The notes under the pieces: model-generated | Told to the model about the DNA's origin: nothing | Database searches by the model: none | Seen by the model: the letters and a program-made list of their open reading frames with translations, nothing else | Translations under genes and position numbers: made by a program | IMG/VR virus record: IMGVR_UViG_2547132274_000013 | From: a virus | Lineage: Duplodnaviria > Heunggongvirae > Uroviricota > Caudoviricetes | Direction: 5' to 3' (one strand) | Length of the DNA stretch: 5,740 nucleotides | In this document: one piece after another, positions 1 through 5,462 of the stretch | Layout of the letters: each line of letters starts with the position of its first letter | Position numbering within the stretch: position 1 is the first letter of the stretch

Positions 1-75
1 ACTGACGCACTGAACAGGGCAAAACAACAGACAGGCCAGCACGATGATCCGTACGGGGACGGGATACCGTTTTAA
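1..75 (+). CDS. 3' end of an upstream CDS (product unknown; 5' part lies outside the window)
   Basis: Frame 1 is open from position 1 to a TAA at 73-75 (...TDALNRAKQQTGQHDDPYGDGIPF*), while the other two + frames hit stops within 12 nt. It is co-directional with and 15 nt upstream of the next gene. Only 24 codons are visible, so this is weak. Confidence 0.3.
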   Translation, partial: TDALNRAKQQTGQHDDPYGDGIPF

Positions 76-90
76 GCAGTGAGGTACAGC

Positions 91-372
91 ATGATTAAAG
101 ACAGCAAAGCGGAAGAACTGGAGGCTAAAGGGCTGTACCGGAGAGCGGCGGCACGTTGGGCTGATGTTATGTGGCTGGTGAGCACTGACAAGGAGCGCGA
201 ACAGGTGGCAAAGCGTCGCGCGGAATGTATCCGTAAGGCAGCGCGCCAACCAGTCATACCGGATAATTTCGGAATACTGAAAGAGGCCATAAACCGCACA
301 CATACCGGGATGGGCTTACAGAAACCTGGCGGTGAGATGTTCAGGAACTACCCGAAAAAAAGGGATAATTGA
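91..372 (+). CDS. PerC-like small transcriptional regulator (93 aa)
   Basis: ATG at 91 is preceded by GAGG at 81-84 (6-nt spacer); stop TGA at 370-372. The N-terminus MIKDSKAEELEAKGLYRRAAARWADVMW matches my recollection of the PerC/Pch family signature (LE-x-KGL-x-RRAA-x-RW). The ORF track starts at GTG 79, but ATG 91 fits the RBS better. Family assignment is from memory, not a search. Confidence 0.55.
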   Translation: MIKDSKAEELEAKGLYRRAAARWADVMWLVSTDKEREQVAKRRAECIRKAARQPVIPDNFGILKEAINRTHTGMGLQKPGGEMFRNYPKKRDN

Positions 373-417
373 TAACGGTTGTTAACTGTTTCTGGTATCG
401 TGGCAGCAGGAGGAAAC

Positions 418-666
418 ATGCCAGTGACATTTGAAGAAGTCCAGCAACATAAAAAGCTTCATGATTTTGATGATCTGGAAACCACGACAGTAAAAAAATA
501 TCGCCGGCTGCTTTCTTCCGATGCGTTATTTTTTGTGGATCATCATGATTTTCTGCGTAGCTCACTGACCGGGGAAATTTTCGCAACCAACCGTGAGCAG
601 GTGGAAGCGATGATCGAATATCTGTGGAAAATAAGGCGCAGAATGCGTGATCCCGTGAAACGGTAG
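418..666 (+). CDS. hypothetical protein (82 aa), co-transcribed with the PerC-like gene
   Basis: Strong RBS AGGAGG at 408-413 with ATG at 418; stop TAG at 664-666 lies 4 nt before the terminator hairpin. The ORF track extends to 379, but there is no RBS there. I do not recognise a family. Confidence 0.55.
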   Translation: MPVTFEEVQQHKKLHDFDDLETTTVKKYRRLLSSDALFFVDHHDFLRSSLTGEIFATNREQVEAMIEYLWKIRRRMRDPVKR

Positions 667-669
667 AAT

Positions 670-704
670 AATAATGGCCTGGTATTTTCCAGGCCATTAT
701 TTTT
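670..704. terminator. Bidirectional intrinsic terminator between convergent genes
   Basis: Perfect 13-bp inverted repeat AATAATGGCCTGG (670-682) / CCAGGCCATTATT (689-701) with a 6-nt loop TATTTT, flanked by T-rich sequence on the + strand and A/T-rich sequence on the other. It sits exactly between the stop of 418..666 (+) and the stop of 703..1176 (-). Confidence 0.75.
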
Positions 705-1176
705 AGAAGTCGATCTCTGTATCGCGATTAAATTCATCGCTAAGGTAAAGTGCTTCGCTTGGGCATTTTCCGTTTTCCAGTAATGTTTCCCAGAAATCTT
801 TATCGAAACACCCCTCAAGATACAGATAGCGACAGATGTGAAGTAAATCACTTCGTGTCCATCCGTGCATGCTGCTACTTGTTACACCATATTCACTTTC
901 TAGTTTATAGAATGTGAGCGCCTCCCGGTCGTGCCAGGCTTTGCACAGACGATCGTATATCTTTTTAGCTTTGTTTTTAGATGTGCCGAAAAACTCTTCG
1001 TAAATTTCATGTGGGCGAGTAGGAATACTTCCGTCGCCATCCTGCAAGAAAGGATAAACATCTGCCTCCCAGGCATACACGTAAGAATCGCTGAACTCAT
1101 CATAGTGTTTACCAAGGTGGAGAATCTGCAATCGTTGCTGAATGAACATTGCTTTTTTCAGTTCATTTTCTGACAT
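703..1176 (-). CDS. hypothetical protein (157 aa), divergently oriented cargo gene of unknown function
   Basis: Minus-strand ORF with ATG (complement of 1174-1176) preceded by AGGAGG (complement of 1185-1190, 8-nt spacer); stop is the complement of 703-705. GC content looks lower (roughly low 40s % by eye) than the flanking capsid operon (about 50%). The protein is acidic (about 29 D/E versus 18 K/R) and aromatic-rich. No HTH or known catalytic motif recognised. Confidence 0.7.
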   Translation of the reverse strand: MSENELKKAMFIQQRLQILHLGKHYDEFSDSYVYAWEADVYPFLQDGDGSIPTRPHEIYEEFFGTSKNKAKKIYDRLCKAWHDREALTFYKLESEYGVTSSSMHGWTRSDLLHICRYLYLEGCFDKDFWETLLENGKCPSEALYLSDEFNRDTEIDF

Positions 1177-1210
1177 AGTTCGTTCCTCCTGATTGACGAG
1201 CAGAAAATGT

Positions 1211-1321
1211 ACGGAACAGCTTATTTATTTTTTCAGGTTTTGTAAATTATTTGTTCGTGGTTGTTCCAGGTTGTTCGGTGATTCTGGCTGATGTTTACAT
1301 ACTGATTTTTATGTATATGTT
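1211..1321. promoter_or_regulatory. Divergent control region: three phased 10-bp direct repeats flanked by outward-facing -35-like hexamers
   Basis: TTGTTCGTGG / TTGTTCCAGG / TTGTTCGGTG at 1251-1260, 1261-1270, 1271-1280, with exact 10-bp periodicity. Leftward: -35-like TTTACA (complement of 1241-1246), 17-bp spacer, -10-like TAAGCT (complement of 1218-1223), reading toward the minus-strand gene. Rightward: TTTACA at 1294-1299 and a weak -10 candidate TATGTT at 1316-1321, reading toward the capsid gene. The hexamers are weak; the repeats are unambiguous. Confidence 0.4.
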
Positions 1322-1470
1322 GGCGTGTGGCACTCAGACGTGAGCCGCCACAATGCCGCCTGACCCCCTGCGCGATGCCGGGTTGATCTGCGAGATGCCG
1401 AGAGTGTCGGGCGGCGCTCCCTCCGTGTTGGTTTCACGTCTTTACGTTTAACTGATACGAGAAACCCTTC

Positions 1471-2616
1471 ATGAAGAAATTAATCGAACTCCGCCAGCAA
1501 AAAACCGCCCTGAAAAACCAGATGCGATCCCTGCTGGAAAAAGCCGACAGTGAAAACCGCAGTCTGACCGATGACGAGGGCAAACAGTTTGATGAACTGC
1601 GTGCAAAAGCCGATTCCCTCGACACAGAAATCTCCCGTCTTGAAGCTGTTGCGGATGAAGAACGTAACCAGCCTGGTGTTTCCGTCGAAGAGAAAATCAC
1701 CAAAGATGAACTGCGCTCTTACATTCTGACCGGGGAAACCCGCAACCTGTCCGGCAGTGTCCCGGCTGATGGTGGTTATACGGTTATCCCGGAACTGAAC
1801 AGAGAAATTATGCGTCAGCTTTCTGATGAATCGGTGATGCGTAAAATCTGTACCGTTAAAACCATTCACAGCAATGAATTTAAGCAACTGGTTTCTGCCG
1901 GGGGCGCGGTCGTTGAACACGGTGAAGAAGGCACTACACGTAACCAGACGGCAACACCAAAACTGAATGAAGTCAGTATCCGCCTGTATCCGATCTACGC
2001 TTACCCGAAAACCACTCAGGAAATTATCGATTTTTCCGAAGTCGATATTATGGGCTGGTTATCCTCTGAAATTGGCGACACTTTCGTTGATACCGAAGAA
2101 ACGGATCTGGTTTCCGGTGACGGCGAGAAAAAAGCTAAAGGTTTCCTGGCTTTCCCGCGCACTGCAGATAATGACAAAACCCGTCCTTTCGGTACGCTCC
2201 AGACGAAAAAAGTGACTGGCAGCCTCAGCGCCGACATGCTGATTGACCTGAAATTTACGCTACGCAATAAGTACCGCAAAAAAGCTGTATGGGTGATGAA
2301 CTCAAATACAGCCGCCTCCGCACAAAAACTGAAAAATGCCACTGGTGATTACATCTGGCGCGATCGTTTACAGGCTGGTGATCCTGATTCTCTGCTGGGG
2401 CTTCCGGTTGAATATCTGGAATTTATGCCGGACGGTGTGATTGCAGTAGGTGACTTTAAGCGCGGTTATTTCATCGTTGACCATGAAACCGGTACGCGTA
2501 CCCGTCCGGATTTCAGCGAACCCGGATTCATTAACATCTATACCCAGAAATATCTGGGCGGTGGTGTGGTGGATTCGAACGCCATCAAGATTCTGGAAAT
2601 TCAGGCTGGCAAGTAA
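1471..2616 (+). CDS. Phage major capsid protein, HK97 family, with N-terminal delta (scaffold-like) domain
   Basis: 381-aa ORF. The N-terminal roughly 70-100 aa are a charged, coiled-coil-like segment (MKKLIELRQQKTALKNQMRSLLEKADSENRSLTDDEGKQFDELRAKADSLDTEISRLEAV) typical of the HK97 delta domain, followed by a body typical of HK97-fold capsid proteins. A prohead protease gene lies immediately downstream. Stop TAA at 2614-2616. Confidence 0.88.
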   Translation: MKKLIELRQQKTALKNQMRSLLEKADSENRSLTDDEGKQFDELRAKADSLDTEISRLEAVADEERNQPGVSVEEKITKDELRSYILTGETRNLSGSVPADGGYTVIPELNREIMRQLSDESVMRKICTVKTIHSNEFKQLVSAGGAVVEHGEEGTTRNQTATPKLNEVSIRLYPIYAYPKTTQEIIDFSEVDIMGWLSSEIGDTFVDTEETDLVSGDGEKKAKGFLAFPRTADNDKTRPFGTLQTKKVTGSLSADMLIDLKFTLRNKYRKKAVWVMNSNTAASAQKLKNATGDYIWRDRLQAGDPDSLLGLPVEYLEFMPDGVIAVGDFKRGYFIVDHETGTRTRPDFSEPGFINIYTQKYLGGGVVDSNAIKILEIQAGK

Positions 2617-2624
2617 TGAGCAAA

Positions 2625-2645
2625 GGGGGCTTCGGCCTCCTTTTT
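2625..2645 (+). terminator. Intrinsic terminator/attenuator after the capsid gene
   Basis: GGGGGC (2625-2630), TTCG tetraloop (2631-2634), GCCTCC (2635-2640; one G-U pair in RNA), then TTTTT (2641-2645). It starts 9 nt after the capsid stop and precedes the protease RBS. Confidence 0.55.
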
Positions 2646-2665
2646 CAGCTTTATGGAGTACACCG

Positions 2666-3226
2666 ATGAAAAATACCGATTTTGAAATCCGTACATCTGA
2701 ACTGACCGCCAGCGATAAAAAACTGGTGGGTTATGCCGTTCGCTGGAACAGCCTTTCAGAAATTATCTGGGACGAATTCCGCGAACAGTTCACGCCGGGG
2801 GCTTTTGCTGACTATCTGGCGGCGGGTAATGATGTGCGCTGCCTGTATGAGCATGACTATACCCGACTGCTGGGGCGCACCAAATCCGGAACACTGGTAC
2901 TGACTGAGGACAACACCGGGCTACGTTTTGAACTGACACCGCCTGATACCCAGCTTGGAAAAGATGTGCTTACGCTGGTGGAGCGAGGCGACATTACAGG
3001 AATGAGCTTTGGCTTTCGCGCATTATGCGAAGAATGGAATATCGCGCAAAAACCGTATCTGCGCACTGTTACCGCCGCAGAACTCCGTGAAATCACGATA
3101 ACGTCAATGCCTGCTTATCCCGAATCCGGCGTGGAGATTGCCCACCGTTCGTTGTTTGCACAGCACCCTGAATTACGCCCGGCAGGAAATAATCGTCATC
3201 GCTGGGCTGAACTGGCGGGGTTGTGA
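2666..3226 (+). CDS. Prohead (maturation) protease, HK97 family (S78/U35-type)
   Basis: ATG at 2666 preceded by GGAG at 2655-2658. Motifs typical of HK97 prohead proteases: YEHDYTRLLGRT with a candidate catalytic His, and GDITGMSFGF with a candidate catalytic Ser. Stop TGA at 3224-3226. The ORF track's upstream extension to 2450 overlaps the capsid gene and is not the real start. Confidence 0.85.
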   Translation: MKNTDFEIRTSELTASDKKLVGYAVRWNSLSEIIWDEFREQFTPGAFADYLAAGNDVRCLYEHDYTRLLGRTKSGTLVLTEDNTGLRFELTPPDTQLGKDVLTLVERGDITGMSFGFRALCEEWNIAQKPYLRTVTAAELREITITSMPAYPESGVEIAHRSLFAQHPELRPAGNNRHRWAELAGL

Positions 3227-3227
3227 T

Positions 3228-4442
3228 ATGTGGTGGCCTTTTAGTCGTAAAAAAAGCGATCTGCGTAACCTGTCCATTGATGATTTTCTGGCGCTGTCCG
3301 GCGTACCGAATACCGGATCCGGAGAATATGTTTCTGCCGGGACGGCTGAATCATTGCCTGCTGTGATGAACGCGGTTTCTGTCATCGCTGAGGCGGTGGC
3401 CACGATGCCGTGTTATCTGTATCTGGTACGTAATGACAAGGGCAGGGAGGCGCGGGAATGGCTGGACAGTCATCCGGTAGATATTCTGCTGAATGAGCAG
3501 CCTAATTCGTGCCAGACACCTTACCAGTTTAAACGCACAATGATGCGTCACTGTCTGCTGAACGGTAACGCCTATGCGGTTATTGAGTGGGGGCAGGACG
3601 GGCAGCCAAAATCACTTCATCCTTATGCGCCGGGGTGTGTTGTACCGGAACGCACAGGCGCACACAAATACCGCTATACCATCACCGAACCCTGTACAGG
3701 AACGGTGCGCACGTATTTACAGGAAGAAGTTCTGCATCTCCGCTATGCCTCGGATGATGGCTTTCTGGGGCGCTCCCCCGTCACTATTTGCCGTGAGGCG
3801 CTGGGGCTTGGCCTTGCTCAACAGCGTCACGGAGCCAGCATTATGAAAGATGGCATGATGGCGGCAGGGATTATCACGTCAGGCGAATGGCTGGACGGTG
3901 TGAAAGGTAAACAGGCATTAGACGCCCTGGAACGCTACAAGGGGGCGAAAAATGCCGGAAAAACGCCAATCCTTGAAGGGGGCATGGATTACAAGCAACT
4001 GGGAATGAGTAACCAGGATGCGGAATGGCTGGCCTCCCGTCGCTTCTCCATTGAAGACATCGCCCGGATGTTCAACGTGTCGCCTATTTTTCTGCAGGAA
4101 TACAGCAACAGCACCTACAGCAATTTCAGTGAGGCAAGCCGCGCGTTTCTGACCATGACAATGCGCCCGTGGCTGGCGAACTTCGAACAGCAAATCAAGG
4201 CCGCTTTGCTGGTGGCTTCTCCCGTACCTGGTACCCGTTATCTGGTTGAGTTTGATTCAGCCGATTTATTACGCGCCACCCCTACCGAACGTTACGCCAC
4301 GTATGAGAAAGGGATTAAGAACGGGATCATGAATCCGAACGAAGCCCGCGAACGTGAGGGGATGCCGCCGCGTGAAGGTGGCGACGAATTCAGCCAGGCA
4401 TGGAAGCAGACGGTGGAAATTAAAGGTGAAAAAGATGAGTGA
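3228..4442 (+). CDS. Phage portal protein, HK97 family
   Basis: ATG at 3228, 1 nt after the protease stop (TGATATG). The 404-aa product has portal-like segments (CLLNGNAYAVIEWG; RRFSIEDIARMFNVSPIFLQEYSNSTYSNFSEASRAFLTMTMRPWLANFEQQ). Stop TGA at 4440-4442. The ORF-track start at 3138 overlaps the protease; 3228 is preferred. Confidence 0.85.
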   Translation: MWWPFSRKKSDLRNLSIDDFLALSGVPNTGSGEYVSAGTAESLPAVMNAVSVIAEAVATMPCYLYLVRNDKGREAREWLDSHPVDILLNEQPNSCQTPYQFKRTMMRHCLLNGNAYAVIEWGQDGQPKSLHPYAPGCVVPERTGAHKYRYTITEPCTGTVRTYLQEEVLHLRYASDDGFLGRSPVTICREALGLGLAQQRHGASIMKDGMMAAGIITSGEWLDGVKGKQALDALERYKGAKNAGKTPILEGGMDYKQLGMSNQDAEWLASRRFSIEDIARMFNVSPIFLQEYSNSTYSNFSEASRAFLTMTMRPWLANFEQQIKAALLVASPVPGTRYLVEFDSADLLRATPTERYATYEKGIKNGIMNPNEAREREGMPPREGGDEFSQAWKQTVEIKGEKDE

Positions 4443-4734
4443 AGAAAAAATTACACCTGATGAAGTCAGGGCACATCTTCGCCTTGATGACTTTTCCGGA
4501 GAAGGCGAACTTCTGAAAATGTATACCGATGCGGCGCTGGAAGCCTGCCAGAAGCACATCGGGAAACGTTTTGAAGACGGTCTGGAATTTACCCCGGCAA
4601 TGCGTGTTGGTTGCCTGATGTACATCGCTTTTCTGTATGAGAACAGGGAAGCGGTTTCACCTGTGGAGCAGTCGGAACTGCCTATGGCTATTTCTGCGCT
4701 CTGGTCAGTTTATCGTGATGTGGGGGTGTATTGA
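4435..4734 (+). CDS. Head-tail connector/adaptor protein, gp6-like (Phage_connect_1-type)
   Basis: ATG at 4435 preceded by AGGTGA at 4423-4428; overlaps the portal stop by 8 nt (ATGAGTGA). The 99-aa product MSEEKITPDEVRAHLRLDDFSGEGELL...FLYENREAVSP matches the gp6-like connector pattern (conserved HLR-x-DD near the N-terminus and YENRE). Confidence 0.8.
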   Translation: MSEEKITPDEVRAHLRLDDFSGEGELLKMYTDAALEACQKHIGKRFEDGLEFTPAMRVGCLMYIAFLYENREAVSPVEQSELPMAISALWSVYRDVGVY

Positions 4735-5174
4735 TGCCGTGGCAACCATTAAGGCGTTGTACTGAACCGGGCTGTAATAAGCGTGTGAAGTCCGGCAAGT
4801 GTGAAGAGCACAGGCGGGCTGCATGGCGTGCAGAGGATGCCAGACGGGGACACCGCCGCGCGCGTGGGTATTCCCGACAGTGGGACAAATACCGCGCCCT
4901 GTATCTGAGCAAAAACCCGTTATGCGTGCGTTGTCTGGCTAAAGGTATTTATACGCCAGCTCTTGTGGTGGATCACATCATTCCCATCAATGGCGGCGGT
5001 GATGTTCTCTTCTGGCCTGAGTGGAATCACCAGGCATTGTGCCAGACGTGCCACAACCGTAAGACGACACGGGAAGATCCAGCCACGAAAGCGAACCGTA
5101 AGGCGGGCATGTATCGCGAGCAGGAAGAACGGGCGGCACATCGTAACGACTGGATGTATGGCGATGATGACTGA
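4734..5174 (+). CDS. HNH endonuclease (terminase-associated, phage packaging type)
   Basis: ATG at 4734 overlaps the connector stop (TGATG). The 146-aa product has Cys-rich zinc-binding and HNH motifs (CTEPGCNKRV...KCEEH; VVDHIIPINGGGD; NHQALCQTCHNRKT). It sits immediately upstream of the small terminase, as in HNH-dependent cos-packaging phages. Confidence 0.85.
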   Translation: MPWQPLRRCTEPGCNKRVKSGKCEEHRRAAWRAEDARRGHRRARGYSRQWDKYRALYLSKNPLCVRCLAKGIYTPALVVDHIIPINGGGDVLFWPEWNHQALCQTCHNRKTTREDPATKANRKAGMYREQEERAAHRNDWMYGDDD

Positions 5175-5462
5175 ACAGGAGCAAAACAGGCTGATACGTG
5201 GACTGATAAGGCAGCGTGACACATGGAAGGCACAGGAGACAGGGCACAAAGCCAACAGGACAGGGCGCACAGAACGCACCACAGCGAAGCGATTAACCGA
5301 CCGTGACCGCGAGGTCATGGAATGTTTTCGCAATCGCTGGTGAGGCCGTCAGAGGGGGTGGGGGAGGTTTTCAGGACGAAACCGTCCCTGCCGGACACCG
5401 ACCGCCTCCTCAAATTTTTGTGCACGGGAATTTTTTTGAAAATAATTGGGCGAAAAAAGAAC
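5175..5462. other. Candidate cos/packaging-recognition region between HNH and terS
   Basis: 288-bp non-coding gap in an otherwise overlapping operon. It contains a G-rich tract GGGGGTGGGGGAGG (about 5354-5367), a dyad GGACG-AAAC-CGTCC (5374-5387), a GTGCAC palindrome (5420-5425) and an A/T tract AATTTTTTTGAAAATAATT (5429-5447) just upstream of terS. The position between HNH and terS matches where cos lies in HK97-like phages. Function is inferred, not shown. Confidence 0.3.

Noticed and set aside
79-90. GTG at 79 as the start of the PerC-like gene (as in the ORF track)
   Set aside because: The GAGG at 81-84 would fall inside the coding sequence. ATG 91 has proper RBS spacing and gives the N-terminus MIKDSK.
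341-697. 118-aa minus-strand ORF antisense to the 418..666 gene
   Set aside because: Its start codon lies inside the 13-bp terminator stem and it has no RBS, whereas the + strand ORF has a strong AGGAGG RBS and is co-directional with the upstream gene. It is most likely a shadow ORF.
931-1173. 80-aa + strand ORF (and the 71-aa minus ORF 900..1115) overlapping the 157-aa cargo gene
   Set aside because: No RBS, and they lie entirely within the better-supported minus-strand CDS, which has a strong RBS and proper termination.
1251-1280. The three 10-bp direct repeats as a CRISPR array or a replication iteron set
   Set aside because: The repeats are far too short and have no spacers for CRISPR. 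The iteron idea is not excluded, but no replication initiator gene is adjacent in the window, and the position between divergent promoters favours a transcription-factor array.
1480-1920. 146-aa (and overlapping 89-aa, 1434..1703) minus-strand ORFs inside the capsid gene
   Set aside because: They are fully antisense to a high-confidence capsid CDS, have no RBS and show low-complexity translations; these are typical shadow ORFs.
2450-2665. N-terminal extension of the protease ORF to 2450, and of the portal ORF to 3138
   Set aside because: Both extensions overlap the preceding gene in another frame and lack RBSs. The ATGs at 2666 (with GGAG) and 3228 (right after the protease stop) give products of the expected family size.
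4963-5343. 126-aa + strand ORF overlapping the 3' end of the HNH gene (shorter form from about 5158)
   Set aside because: Most of it overlaps HNH out of frame in GC-rich sequence. The non-overlapping part (about 5175..5343) would give an Arg-rich peptide of about 60 aa with no convincing RBS. I treat this region as non-coding and as a possible cos region, but a small real gene cannot be excluded without conservation data.
5354-5367. G-rich tract GGGGGTGGGGGAGG as a G-quadruplex
   Set aside because: Only two long G-runs plus a GG; a canonical intramolecular G4 needs four runs. It is more plausibly part of a protein-recognition or cleavage site.
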